This document shows positions 27,085-41,022 of a stretch of 64,000 bases of DNA, one piece after another; position 1 is the first letter of the stretch, and the number at the start of each line of letters is the position of its first letter. The stretch is taken from assembly GCA_053919585.1 (NCBI GenBank), contig CM132783.1; one strand, written 5' to 3'. The stretch comes from Euprymna scolopes. Taxonomy: Eukaryota. The notes below the pieces were generated by a model. It was not told the origin of the DNA, did no database searches, and saw only the letters and a program-made list of their open reading frames with translations. Made by a program: the position numbers and the translations under genes.

Positions 27085-27551
27085 ATAGACTTTTCTATTT
27101 ATTTTGAATTTTATTCAATGAAGATTTGGAAATTCACAAATATTTTTAAAGTCGAATAATTGATATAGATTTCAATTAATGCATCACAACTTCCTGATAA
27201 TATAAATAGAAAACTTTGAATTTTCTTCACAAACGTTTTTTTTTCCATAAAAACATTGTAATCTGTTATAATATTCAGATTCTTGTGTGCATATAAAATG
27301 AAGTGTTTCTGTAAAACTTACGAAGTACAGTAAAATTTTGATTTTTTGATAATAAAAATTACGTGAGGTAGGTTGTACCTATAAAATTTATGTCAATGTT
27401 ATATAATTAAGTAAAGTTAAACAAACTGTACACTACTTTCTCATCAAATTATGAATTTTAAATATAAGGGAAGCAATTAAAAAGTTTTTTTTCCAAAATC
27501 ATATTTACATCCAAGTTAATTTTTAGATTCCATAGCTGTTCCTGATTGTTT

Positions 27552-30500
27552 TCATAACACTTCTCGGTAAACAATATTCTTAGTATATGTTACACCACAC
27601 TTTCTGTCCTGATTATCATCTCTATGCAGTTGCATTACCTTAAATTTCACACTGTACTTAGATCGAGCTCTTGAACATGCCACATACAGTTGACCATGAG
27701 AAAATACAGGTTGTTGAAGATATATACCAACCTTATCTAAAGTTTGACCTTGTGCTTTATTGGTGGTCAGTGAATATGCTAATCGTATTGGAAACTGTAT
27801 CCGATGAAATGCAAACGGAACATTTGTATCACTTGGTTTTAACTTAATTCTTGGAATGATAACTGTGGACCCTCTATTAGATCCATTAATTAAAATAGCA
27901 ATGATGCTGTTTTGATGACATTCTTTTATTTTCATCCTAGTTCCATTACAAAGTCCTTGATTTATGGATAAATTTCGCAGTCGTATTACTATTGCCCCTA
28001 TTTTCGCATTAAGTCGGTGAGGTGACATTCCAGATAGAGTTAATGAATTTATGAACTCGATAGGATAATTTTGAAGTTCAGCATCATCATCGGAGATGTA
28101 ATCTGTACTTAAATGTGTATTTATGCCTCCGGGAAGATTATTTAGAATTTCTTCATTTACTGTAAAACAATCTGTATTGTTTGGAGTCATGATGATTCTA
28201 TTTTCCATTTTTTGAGGGCTGCAATCAAATATTTCTGAGATTAGAGAACCATTACATACCGAATCATCAGGAACATCTATGGCATCTACAGGAACGTCAT
28301 TGAGACTGCTCATTAGTGTACCATTACCAAGATGAAGTAGCCATCTACAAAACTCCTGTTCATTTATGTTAGTTCTGGCGTTTTGTGTTAGCTGTAATTG
28401 ACTGAAATGATGCCACAATGTGAATCTTTTAAGACAGGTGTCTATAATAGATGTAGGTTATCCATGTGACAGTACTGGCAAAATTTGCCTGAGGTCACCT
28501 CCAAGTATGAGAAATTTTCCACCAAATATTTTATCGTTACCCATTATATCTTGTAAACATCTATCTATAGCAAGCAGTGCATGATTAGGTATCACAGATA
28601 CCTACAAGAGAAACGTTACAGACACTGGTTTTTGTCAGAGGTGCAGGTAGTTTAATATACTGTGGAGTGTTTTCCCTGAAGTAAGTAGCATTGCAGCAAT
28701 GCCAGTCCATGCTGCAGTGGCGGTTACAGTACTGCTAGAGGTGAAGTAATCATATAACATGTTGAATAAAACGGGTTTTCCTGATCCGGCTGGGGCATCT
28801 AAATAGAAGCAATTGTTGTGTGGGGCTTCTTTTTCAGTTCCATGACAGCCTTGATTATAGTATTAAAGACCTCTAATTGTTCATTGTTTAGCAATTCAAT
28901 ATTAGGCTGGTTTGTATTTTGAGTCATATTATCTATTGGAGGATCACCTGTTGGTTCAAGTAAACTCATTGCCTGGCAAGAAGACCCATGCTCATTAAAT
29001 ATTGCTTTTATCAAATGAAGTGCAATGTTTTCACATATGCTTTCATCATAAGCAGAAATAAGTATTCAATCATGCTCTGTTTATGGTTAATGAATAGTTG
29101 AAAGGCATCCACTGGATGATGATAAAGACACAGCATTGCAAGCATGCTACGTAGTTTTTGTGGCATTCTAAATGTAGCAGCTTCAGTAAGAGCATTTTCT
29201 AATTCAGTATCATCTTGCAATAATCTAAGGCTGATGCAAGCTTCTCTAAATGTAGGGAATGTATGACCTTGGACTGTTCTCAAATCTTCAAATGACTTTC
29301 CTCCAGAGACATGAAGAAGCAAAATCCGTAAATAAAACTTTTCACCTTGGTTTGGTGAAACTGAATACATTCTTGTGATCAAATTACTTGGCCGCTCTCT
29401 TTTAGTCCATTTTGTAGTAGTTTTGTTAAATACATAATGATGTGGAATATCACAGTAAAAATATTGGTTAGCAGTAATATCATTCTGATTTAGTTCAAAC
29501 CAAGCAGTCAAATTTGTGTGGTGTTGTTGTGCTTGTTGAATTGCTTGTTCAGCTTGTTCATGTTGATAATAAATCTGTTGCTCTCCAGGCATGTGTACAG
29601 CTAAACCGTACACAACATGAGACTGTCCATGCATTTTATAGTCAGAAAGACGCCGCATTGCTTCTGGAGGTGATACATATCTGCATGATAGATATTGCTT
29701 GACTTTATCTCTTTGTTCTGATCGCATTGTTTCTTCTTGATTGATATTAATAGATGAATCATGGTTATTAACCTCCATCATAGCACTATCATGTCCTTTA
29801 TAAACATATTTAAATATGTATTTTATACTCTTGACTGAAGAGCAGATTTCTAAGTTAATATGAGCTCGATATTTTCTCAGAAGAAATTTGTTGAAAGGGA
29901 CTATGTATCTATTATCAAGAGTAAAATTACCGACTTGAACTGAGTCACCATTATTTGCACGCTTGTAAGCTGGGTATCCATCAATGTTTTCTACTGTTTC
30001 TTCTCTAAATGCCTTTGGAAAACTTTTTTTGCATAATCCTTTACTCATACAAGGAGAATTAGGATTAACTGCACCACATGGACCATGTACCATTAAAGAT
30101 TTAACTAAATCACGAAGCTCTGGATCTTCAGGTCCAGGTATTTCTGCTGACACAATTGCATCAATTTGTTGAGCTGTTCTGATCTTATCCTGATCTCGCA
30201 GCATTATGATCATGTGGCAGTGTGGTAGCCCTCTATTTTGAAATCCAATAACATAAACATATGCAACATGAGTTCCCAATACATGTCTGTCTTTAATGTC
30301 TTTCAAAAGTTCAGTTAGATGTGCATGAAACACACGTGATATTAGGTCAGGTCGATTTTGTGCAAGTTCTGATGACCCCAAGTTGTTTAATATTTCAGGA
30401 CATCTTGGATTACATGTATAGGTAAGGAATAGGTATGGCTTTCCATATTTACAGAAAACTGCCATTGCATCTTGATACAGTTGTTGAAGATTCCTAGGAC

Positions 30501-31796
30501 TTTCTGTAAATGAAGATGGTAGAATAACTGGTACACCAGGATCGCCATCTTCATTCCTTGCTAAATGATCCATTAAACCAGAATATTGAGCTGCTCTTAG
30601 TTGACTTTGATGGCTTTTAATGAAGTTCAATCTGCACCCTTCAACTTTCACATATGCATCAACTACATATTGTTGGAATAGTTTACCAGATCTATGGATA
30701 ATACTGAATGAATCTCTAATTGCAAGGCGATAACTGTAATACTCTTGCATTGTCACTTTATTGCGAACTCTTGTTTGCTGTTCTGGCCTATGTTGCATGT
30801 TTATGTGCCAGCCTTGTTCAGCATTTGGAAACAATATGGGATATATCATGGGGTCCAGGTGGCAATACATATAAGAATTTCGGTGTTTTGGTTGAGAATG
30901 TGGGTAAACAATAATATCTCTGTTAGCAGGTGGAGCACCATCCTCACCAACAAATGCTACACCTATTTCGTTGTTTATTGGATTGTTAAATATTTTGATA
31001 TCTGGACCAGCCGTAAAATGCATCGAAACTCTCCTTGGCTTTACATTTTCCCTTATAGCAAGTGCTTCCTCTTCTAATTCAATGGCCCTCATATTTTTAT
31101 AAGCTTGGGCATAAGGATTATACTCCATAACTGTAGCTATGGTTTCAATGACACTTTTGATACATTTATTATTTTCTGGTAAATTACACCGGAGTTAATT
31201 TGCTTCAGATGAGTCCAAGATGTAAATTTGACCATATTTTCTCTCCTCTTCATTATTTGGGTGCAGAGTGCTGGAATAATGATAGGTTTGACCTTGTAAT
31301 CGAAAACAATAGGGGCCTCTTCCAGAAGGGCGGACAATATTTGCTCAAAATATGCAAATGAAAATAATGAGTTGTAATTGCGTATATTAGATCTGAAATT
31401 AAATGCTTCTTGGTCATTACCTTCGAGTATACTTTGGAGTTGAGGAGGATAATCTTGTAAGGGAGGAAGAGAAACTTTTTCTTTTAGACAACAATTCAAT
31501 GCTTCTCCTCGAAATCTAAGTGCTTTACAAAATGAGCAAATTAAACTCATGTCACCTACAATATAATACGGGATATTCATATTGTTTCTTCGTTCCCGTT
31601 GCCTAGCTCTTTTATTTTGCAGATAAAGTTGTCTGTCTTCTTCAGTCATGTTATTTATTTGCTGTCTCAATATGTTTCTCCTTTGCAATCTGATATTATC
31701 CCTTTCTTCAGTTCGTAGCTGCTGACGCCTTCGTCTTTGTCGTTCTCTTGCTGCACATCTTGTATCTTCCAATGTAGTGGTAGTGATTTGGTTCAT
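27552..31796 (-). pseudogene. Helitron RepHel pseudogene (zinc finger, HUH Rep, Pif1-like helicase)
   Basis: 31137-31796 coiled coil + CSFCKA..NCC; 29011-31128 Rep with FLTYTCNP, VIGFQNRGLPHCH, KYIFKYVYKG; Walker A DAPAGSGK ~28800; 27552-28418 GLCNGTR, QFPIRLAY..TNKAQGQT, HGQLYVACSR; frameshifts at ~31350 and ~29055, Walker B deleted. Confidence 0.95.
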
Positions 31797-31797
31797 T

Positions 31798-32730
31798 CTG
31801 TGTGAAAATTTAATTAGTCTTAATAAAAAAAATATAAATAAAGATTTTGATATGAAAAATAAATGTTTCTATAATGAAATAAAATTAAATATAAATGTTT
31901 AAAATGAAAATAAATATTTCTTTATTAATGAAACCGTCTTTTATATTAAAAAATCATTAATGTGTAATTTTTCTAAGAGGGAATTTAAATCAATATTTTC
32001 ATAATTTAGCTCTGTAAATAGGATATCTAGATGATATCTAGGTGAATTATATAAATTATTTAATAATAAATTATTCCCTCTCGTAACATTTATTGGTGAT
32101 TCTACACTTTGTCGCCGAAAAAAATATCCCATGTTTTTCAGCGCACCTGCTGCCAGAATCCAAGAGAGATATCAGTATTTTAAAGTGTATGAAATATTTT
32201 ATTTATTCGATAAATATATTGAAGTAAAAGTGTAGAAGCACCTATTTTGGCTTTAATTAAAGAACTGTACACGCTTTCCAGTTATTTCATGATTCGGTCA
32301 TAGTTTAAAGTACTGATGTCTTCCTCGGATTCTGGCAGCAGATGTGCTAAAAAAACATAGCGTTTTTTTTCGGTTACAAAGTGTAGAAGCATACATTTAT
32401 TTGTGAACATGTTATTTCCTTTTGATGAATAACTTAATAATTTCATTTCAATAAATTATATCTTGAATTTTGTAAAATATACGAAAAATGAAAAAATTGA
32501 GAATAAATATTTGTTTAAATCCTAAGTAATGAAACAAAGTGTTTATTTGATATTAAAAATGTTAAGTTGCGTAATTTTTCAAAGGGTATTTAATAGTCAA
32601 TATTTTTTCTAATTTATCTCTATAAAGATTAAAATTTAAGTATTTTAATGGCCGTTTCTAAAATTGCCGAAAGTAATTTAATTATTTTTAATATTTACAG
32701 TAAGAAGGATCAAAAATGTTAAAAACTTAC
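31798..32730 (-). other. Putative 5'-UTR intron of the RepHel transcript
   Basis: Donor GTAAGT at 32730; branch CTAAT and ttttcacacAG acceptor ending at 31798, one base before the ATG at 31796. Confidence 0.55.
32100..32388. repeat. ~65-bp inverted repeat (MITE-like) inside the Helitron intron
   Basis: ttctacactttgt..ctgctgccagaatcc (32100-32161) vs ggattctggcagcag..acaaagtgtagaa (32327-32388). Confidence 0.7.
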
Positions 32731-32903
32731 GCCGGATTAAATATTTAGTTTCTGATCATCAAAATAAGCTGCTTATAATCATTTAATGCTGGATGACTTA
32801 TCCACAAGTCAGTAAACTTTGTTGAAGCAAAGCTCTGTTTTTGTTGTTGACGATGGTGTTGGTTGTTTACGGTTAAATGAATAACGAAATTTCACCAAGT
32901 TGC

Positions 32904-32936
32904 ACTGGTTTATTAGATAATTTTGTGACTTATATA
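32904..32936 (-). promoter_or_regulatory. Putative Helitron core promoter (TATA + Inr)
   Basis: Minus strand TATATAAG at 32936-32929 and CCAGT initiator-like A at 32906, 30 nt downstream. Confidence 0.5.
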
Positions 32937-33229
32937 GAAGCTTTACCGTAAAATTCGGCTAAAACAATTGTTGACGAATTACCTCCTTTGAATCAATATC
33001 GTCTGCTTGTGGCCATTGGAGATCGTCTGCTTGTGGTAATTGAAGCGAAAACCTTATTAGGTATTAAATGCTAAAACATTTTAATACGGCTGGCTAATTG
33101 GCTATAAAGTAAAAGTTATTCCGAACTTTGATCTAACATTTCCATAAAAAAAAAGAAAAAAAAGCTTAACATTTTCTTGTATCTATTTTTTATATTAAGA
33201 AAAATGTAAGCATCATGGTGAAATAATAG

Positions 33230-34090
33230 AAATACCATTCTTAATAAGGGAGAGGGTTTGACTATTCTAAACCTTCACCTAAATAACGATTTAACGAAAA
33301 AAAAATGTTCTTGTATCTTTTTTTATAATTTTTGATAAATAAGAAAAAGCAATAAACTTTGATAGCACTATTGTAAGAATCATGATGAAAACCATTCTTA
33401 ATATGGGGGTAACTATTCTGAAACTTCACCTAACAATGTAAAAAAAATAAGGGAAAAATATATGCATGAAAAATAAATATGTTTACAGTTAAATAAAATA
33501 TACTGTCAATCTTTAAATAAGGAATAAATATTTATTTAAACCATAATTATTGAGAGAAAGTATTTTACTGCAAAAAAACGGTTATGGGGGAAGGGTTAAC
33601 TATTTTGAACCTATTTTGATACAAGAGAATAAATATTTCTTAATTAATGAAACCGTTTTTTATATTAAAAATCATTTAATGGTCTTGTATCTTTTTTTAT
33701 AATTTGTTTTAAAATAAGAAAAAAAAACTTTGATACCGCTATTGTAAGAATCATGCTGATATGGGAAAGCGGGTTAAATATTCTGAAACTTCACCTAACA
33801 ATGTAATAAAACCTTCGAGACAAGATCAAAGTGGAGTATCTGTTCTTCAGATGCTGCACTTCAATTTCTTGTTCTCTGTCAGTGGAGGAGAAATCCTTCA
33901 CGACTGAGACATTTTTTTCCTTTTCTCCACGTTAAAAAAACACCCTGGTGTCTATATCTGTCCCGTGGGGAGGCATTGTTAATAGGAACAATGAAATAAA
34001 AATAATGGAAAAAATATATGTATGAACAATAAGTATTTCTTCAATTAAATAAAATATACTGAAAATCTTGAAATAGGAAATAAATATTTC
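33230..34090. repeat. Helitron subterminal repeats
   Basis: Recurring ccattcttaata.gggg..ggttaactattctgaaacttcacctaa blocks at ~33235, 33392, 33585, 33760; mirrored at 44570-45235 in copy B. Confidence 0.7.
33812..33986 (+). mobile_element. 175-bp retroposed insertion in Helitron A
   Basis: Absent from copy B; flanked by 15-bp TSD aacaatg(t/a)aataaaa (33797-33811 / 33987-34001); homologous to the 45522-46019 element. Confidence 0.85.
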
Positions 34091-35364
34091 TTTAAATAAA
34101 TTAAATCGTAAGTAATGAAACAAAGTGTTTAATTTCATATTAAAAATAATTGTTGTGTCGGTGGGCATTAGAAGATGATGACTGCCTGTAAAAGAAGCAA
34201 AATAAATCAAACAAAGCATAAGTAATAACTATGTAAACAACGTGAAGCTGTATAAATGTTACAAAATTACTCGATTTGGCATTAAATAACATGAAAAAGT
34301 ATTGATATGCCGTAAAACAAAAGCAAAACAAAACAGAACAAGACGTAAAATATGTTTTGACTCTGTGTTACTCAGTGTATTTGCGAATGGTCTACTTTGG
34401 TGATTTATTTAATAAATCATTCTTGACTTTTGTAACATGTGTTTCTAAACATATTTTCTGTTATGTAAGGCTCACTCAAAAGTAAAAAAAAATAAATAAA
34501 GTGGCACAGTAAAAAAAAAACGAACTCGTAACGTTAAATGTAAAAAATATATTTATTACTGAATAAAATAGAATAAGCGTCCGTATTACACTACACTAAT
34601 AAACGGAAGACGTCGTTAAAAATGTAAGTAAAATACTATACTATTTAAACTGTGGAGCGATACCTTCTTTGCATAATTGTCTTTAAAATAATCCAGAACC
34701 ATAAATAGACAGGTCATATATTTTTTTTTGCTCGGGAAGTTTTGGGAAATAAAAGGGTTTAATGATTTTAACTAATAAAGATTGAACAATAAAGGGAGAT
34801 AATTCATTATAATTAATGTTGGCGATGATGATGACGCGTTTCATAATTTAATGTTTGCGATGATGATGATATGACACCGTACGGACAAGCATATTAATAT
34901 ATAGATACACACTCCCTCCAAAATAAACGCATCAGTTTCGCCTGATTGCTCTTAAACCAGTTCCCTTTTTCATGAGTGCGATGGTGACGAACATCAGAAA
35001 TTCAGTTAAAACCGATGGTCATTGGCAGGGAGAAATCAATAGTAAACTGCTTTTGTCATAACAAATATTATTTGCAAAGTTTATTGAAAGATGTAGGAGG
35101 TACATAAAACATATGGATGGTTTATTGTCGCCCGAAGTTACGGGAACACCACCAATTATTACCAACAATAATCTCTGTTTATGACCTGTGTGATAACACA
35201 AATAATGATGTAGTTAAAGAATTATGATATATTATGATCGTTAAAGGCAACAATAAATAAGCGTATAGAGAACAAAACGAATGCCAGACGAAAGATCAAG
35301 AGGGTCGTGTCGTTTGAAAGAATAGTAGGATTTTTCACTGTCTAACTGTCTAATTCGTTGATTT

Positions 35365-35540
35365 GCTTGTCGAACTCGGAGCACACAGTTAGTAACTCAA
35401 TAATAAAGTCAATGATCCGCAGTCATTCACTCACATATCCGATGTCTATGAGGTGTCTTCTGACAAGCAGATGTGTGAATAAGAAAAAGACAAAAAACAA
35501 ATAACCTTGTTATAATGCCAGCCAATATTGAAGGCGTGAA
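35365..35540. repeat. Dispersed repeat, second copy at 41277-41450
   Basis: Shared gcttgtcgaactcg.agcac..catatccgat..gcagatgt..ccttgtta motifs in the same order. Confidence 0.55.
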
Positions 35541-37499
35541 GGCGTGAAGGAGTGTACAACATAAACACACTCTACACAAAAACACTACTCAAACACACAC
35601 CCTCACACACACACACATATATATATATACATACATATATATACATATATATATGTGTGTGTATATATATATGTATGTATAAACTAGATGTCGTAATCGA
35701 GTATTGTCTGTTTTCATTTACTTTCATCTATTGACAGTGCTCTTTTCGCTTTTTTTCAGTTATTGTTTTGTAAGAAAATATTTGCATTTAAAAAAGATAC
35801 TTAAATGAAGAAGAATATTTCCTGTGTTATTATTTCCCTACGATGAGAGAATTGAACTCAAATTCCGTGTTCAACGTGAGCGACATCTAGGTCCGCAAAA
35901 GAGGACAGTTCGAATTCGTACTCAAATTAAAAATCGACTAAGGTATAAGGATTGCTTCTTAGCTTAATGTTATAACAAAAACGACGTGGCACGCTATCAT
36001 AAGACCTAGTACAGTTTGGCCTTAACCTAAAGGTTAAAAGATCTGTTTTGCATTAATAAGCAATCAGATATATAAAGAAAATGTGAGATTTCCATCCAAT
36101 TAATATTTTAAAGTGTATTACTTTCCGTAACGAAAAAAAAAAGTATTACATAGTATGATAGATGAAATAATATTGTATGTCGGACTTTGCATTTTACTTA
36201 TATTCCAAAGAGTATGGTTTGCTTATTTCTATTAACTGAAGAACATTGTTTAAAAGTATTACATGTTTTTAAAAAATGCTGATATAAATCGTTACTTTCA
36301 AGTGTAGAATTGTTTAAGTCAAGTTATATATGTTATAACAATTCTATGCATAGAAACGGGAAAAAAGTGTTTTATACGAGAAAGCCATCGCACAGGCTTC
36401 TTTAAGCTATTAATTAATAAGTGTCACGTGACCAGTGATAAAATCCCTTGGGGATCGGTCGTGATGAAAACTGTTGATTAATCACTAAAGAGAATAAATA
36501 AAAAAGGAACATGTTACATTGTGCTTGAAATTTATCATGTTATAGTCAGCTTGGAAGTAGCCCCGCAGTATTATGTTCAATAAGTTAACAGTTGATAGGA
36601 AAAAACTTAGTTCATGGATTTTCTGTTTAGTTTTAGGCTCAAGAAAAAAGAATGGAAAAGAAAAAAATTGTTGACATTTTATGCAGCTAGACGATGTCTG
36701 TAGGTTGTCAGATGAGTAACAGATGTGTGGACAAGAAGAAAATACAGATAAGCTCGATATAATTCCAGCAAATAGGCTTGACAGCGAGTATAACACACAT
36801 ACATACATTTCTACACACACATACATACGCACACAAAGACACACAGACGCACACACTCAGAAAACTTTTTTTTTTTTATATATATACTTTCGTCCATTGA
36901 CAAAGGTCTTATAGTTTTCTTCTTTCCGCTAAATTTTTTAATAAAATATTTACAGTTTAGAAAGAAGTTAGATGAAGAATAACATGTCCTAATTTACTTG
37001 CTCCCTTCTGAGGACAGGGTAAGGTGCAAAGTCGTTTTTTAATGTTAGAGAAAATTCACTTCCTTCAAAATGGACACTCTGAATTGTGACACAATTTAAA
37101 AATAAGCGCAATTAACAGGGATTTCTTATTCTCTAACCTAGAAGAGAAATGTTGAGGCGTATGTATCAGAACATTTTTTAATTAAACGATTTGTTTTGCA
37201 GCAACAATAAAATATCATAGAAAATTGTAAGATTTTTTAGCCAATAAATACTTGCAAGTTCATTCCATTTCACGGTGATAAAGGGAGGTTTTGGATGCTA
37301 CATTAAAAATTCAGCAAGTCACTAAACAACGGAGTGAGTTTATTACGAGAAAAATATGTGTACGCATTAATTTTCTTGAGTCTTCGTTAATTACTATAAG
37401 GCTGCCTGCCGGTGCCCAGTCGTAAAATACGTATAAATATTATATTTTAATTAATGCAGAATATTAATTGATGATAGTAATTGTCTGTATTTTTGAGAT

Positions 37500-37650
37500 G
37501 AGGTGTTTTCATTGATTGAGATTGTCGGACTGACTTCCTCATCTTGGTTGTTATTGTCACAACGTTTCGGCCGTTTTGCCCTCCGGCCTTCGTCAAGTGA
37601 ACCGTTTGTTAGGAGTCTCGAACCCAACCCTTTTATTATTTATTGATGAT
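37500..37650 (-). mobile_element. Penelope-type pseudo-LTR fragment with minimal hammerhead
   Basis: Minus strand tcac-TTGACGA-a-GGCCG-gagggcaaaa-CGGCC-GAAAC-GTT-gtga, then aacaaccaagatgagga..agtccg as in 12540-12570. Confidence 0.7.
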
Positions 37651-37891
37651 GAATCGAAATGTCGTAGCTATTAAACGTAACGTTTAATTTCTTAAAAAGT
37701 AAAGTAAAAAAAATGGAAAGAAAGAACAGCATGTGCATGCGATTATTATGTTTTTTTAACAGTTCTCTTCTCGTATGAATGAAAATACTCAAACTGTGAT
37801 CTAAACAAAATCCTAATGTATGATAACAAATGCACCAGATTAATATTACTTTAAAATAGTGTTTTTAAACAACACACAATTAACATAACTA

Positions 37892-40385
37892 TTTTTTTAC
37901 AATCAGGGCACCACTTATCAAGGCCGGAAGCCACTCAGGGATAAGGGTTATTACATATACAGTACGTTGTACGTTAGTGTTGAGATTTCACAAAGTGTCT
38001 ACTTAAGGGTGCGGTTCATCAGGAATTTGTTTACGTTGGATTTGAAGACATCCAAGTTGTAGTCAGGTGGGAAACAGGCAGACGGAACAGAGTTTCACTG
38101 GCGTGCTGTTCTAAGAAAGAAGCTTTGTTCATGGAATCTACGTTTTGATTTAGGCACAGCTAGAGAGTGGGGAAAATATTTGACAGTGGCTTCAGCTAGA
38201 CGGGTGTTTTTCGTAAAAGATTGGCGGAGGGGGCAGAGATTGGAGCTCAGACGAACACTTGCCATGGAAATAACGGTAAAACAAAGACAGGCTCGCAAAG
38301 TCTCTTCTGTGGGAGAGAGGTTGCGGGGAAGATAAAATGGCATCCCCAACTAAGCCACGAAGTCTATTTTGTACTCTGTCAAGACAGGATAGGCTGTTTT
38401 TAGCAACAGACTTGATGTACGTGTTCCATTTCATATCAGAAGCTTGTCAAAACATTGAACTTCTAGACGAGAGTCGTCCATTACAATTCATGGCAGATGG
38501 GATCTGAGCATTAATGGTGTAAAGATAGGAGATTGGTTTTAGATGCATTAAAGGTAACCAGCCACGTCTTCCCCCACTGAACTACACGCTCGAGATCAGA
38601 GGAGAGAGAATCAGAGAGAACTTTGTCATTTACAGCCTTTGATGTGTTGTCGTAGATGGTCGTGTTATCAGCATAGATGTCTACGAATGATTTAAGTATG
38701 TTTTTATGGAGATCATTGATGTAGATCTGGAAGAGAGGTGGGCCCAGGATGGACCCTTGAGGGAGTCCAGCATTAATACTGCAGGCCTCTGATTTTTGTC
38801 AATCGACCACTACTCATTTGAGCCTATCAGAGAGAAATGATTTAATGATTGAGAAAACATTTCCAGTTATACCGTAGCTGAAAATCTGGTTAAGTAAGCC
38901 TTTATGCCATACCTTGTCGAAGGCCTTTGATATGTCAAGTGCAATTGCCCTATAAAGGTAGGCTTTGTCGAGAGATTCGCTTATCCTATGCGATATAACT
39001 GTTAGCAAATCTACGGTAAATCTTGCAGAACGGAAACCATATTGCGTGTCACTAAGGAGGTTATTTCTGCTGAGGTGGTTGACTATTTCTCTATTTAGTA
39101 TGGATTTTAGCAACTTACTCATAACACACAGGAGACTTATAGGTCTGTACTGAGAGGGAGAGGATTTATCACCTGAATTCTTAAATACAGGGTATACTGA
39201 TGAGGTTTTCCAGGGTGTTGGAAAGCACTTGGAGCAAGTTCAGGTTGAAGCTTTTTTTTTTTTTACACTATAATTGGAATGCCGATAGGGGCAGTTTCTT
39301 TACTGGAAACAAGGTTCTTGATTAGCTTGGAGACCTCATGCACAGATAGTTGTATATTACCTAGCGTGTTTTGTGTTATAGGAGGAAATATGGGGAGTTG
39401 ATGGCCTTCGTCGCATAGAGTAGAATTAGCTACAAAGTTCTTTGCAAATAGTTTGGCCTTGTCTGATGCTGACGAGATGACCTCAGGTCCATTGATGATA
39501 GTTGGGATAGAACGCATACTTCTATTCAGGATCCTATTTGTTATTTGCCAAAACTGGTGGGAACCAAGCCGCTGATCAGCTACTTTGGATTTAACAGACT
39601 GGGCATATATCTCGCTTGCATTTTTTATTACTCTTTTACAGTGGTTGCTGGCGTTCCTGAAAGCAGCTTTAGTCTCAGTGCATCTATTACGTTGGTAGTT
39701 ATGGAAAAAGTGATTTCTGTGCACAATGGCAGCAGCACATTTTGGGGAATACCATGGCTGGCTGTTAGGTTTAAGTTGGAATTGTTTAGATGGCATGAAT
39801 CGGTCTACGCCTACAACTAGCCATTCGGTTATGTATGATACTATAGAGGGCACATCCTTTTTAAACATGGAATACAGCGGTAGATCAGATATGAATGTAC
39901 GGAAGCTATCCCAGTCAGCCATGGAGTATCGGTATACAGTACATTTTTATCTTAACTGATATAACGGAGTGGTCGGATGATCCTAGAGGAGAAAGAACAA
40001 TGCATGAACATAGCTCAGAGGAGGTTAAGAGAAAAAGGTCTTGAAGGCTTGCAAACTGACCAGTAGTATCTGGCACTCGGGTGGATTCGCGAACAATCTG
40101 AGTGAGGTCATAGGCAATGGCAACGTCATGACAGAACCTCCCCTCGTCATCTGTCTTATTTGAGTGGGCCAGCCATTCCACGTTATGGGCATTGAAGTCA
40201 CCACAAATGTGAATGTTAGTCGAGGGCTGTGGGGGCGATAGAGGCCAAATACAAATGCAGTGGTGTAAGCTAGTGCAACCCATAAGCACATATAAGGTAA
40301 ATTAGGGTCTTTTATGGAGATATCCCTGGCACATGGGAAGCCATCTTTAATGTAAGCACATATTCCATGCCCATGGCGATTTTAG
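37892..40385 (-). mobile_element. CR1/Zenon-like LINE (APE+RT), decayed, 5'-truncated
   Basis: GDFNAH, LGSSDH, QYGFRSAR, ALDISKAFDKVWH, GLPQGSILGP, IYADNT, HRRDFASLSLFYRYFHGKCS; 3' tail gtaaaaaaa at 37892; same family as 21150-24599. Confidence 0.9.
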
Positions 40386-40859
40386 GGGCCATAACGTACT
40401 TGTCATATTCTACGACCGCGCATGTGCAGCCGTGAAACAGTTGAGAACAGATACAAATCCGGTTGCCTCCAATGTACCAATTGTTCAATTCTTACATCTT
40501 TGCAGCCTTTTGTTCAGGGAGAAAACGGATTTAAAAGTTTTTTATATGTCTAAATATTCTTATACAAAATTTCAATTCTGAACAAAATAAAGACTGAAGT
40601 AAATAACTTAAGAAGTTTTCTCACACAGACACTTTCACTTTTATAGATATAAAGGTTATTAAGAAATACACGTCTTGTATTAAGCAATACATGCTTTAAA
40701 TATGTGAACGTTAGCTAAAGTTTTAGAAGCTATCCAAATGGTCGCCTGTCTCGAACATATTAGAGAATTTTACCTAATGTAAACTGTTTTAAGGTATTCT
40801 AAAGACTTGAAACTTGTTTAGATATAGTAAAAGAATTGATAGAGAAATATAGCTAGCAA

Positions 40860-41022
40860 TACCGGGTCCGAGTGGAAGTCCGGTAATGTCTTCAGTCGCT
40901 GAAATTCCAGCGAAAACCACTGATCGTAACCGACAAGACTATTATGGTAACAGTAATAATATAAAAATTTCTATGTGATTGGAGGCTGGTTGACATCCAA
41001 GGACTCGAACCACAGGTAAAAC
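40860..41022 (-). mobile_element. Possible tRNA-derived SINE relic
   Basis: B-box GGTTCGAGTCC on minus strand at ~41000-41010; no clear A box. Confidence 0.3.

Larger units (their letters stand above)
26487..34905 (-). mobile_element. Helitron copy A, full length (8.4 kb), coding region disrupted
   Basis: 5' a|TCTATATATTAATATG at 34905; 3' hairpin ccgtggaa-a-ttccacgg (26497-26513) then TTGG|t (CTRR variant); A|T insertion site; encodes Rep and Pif1 helicase. Confidence 0.95.
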
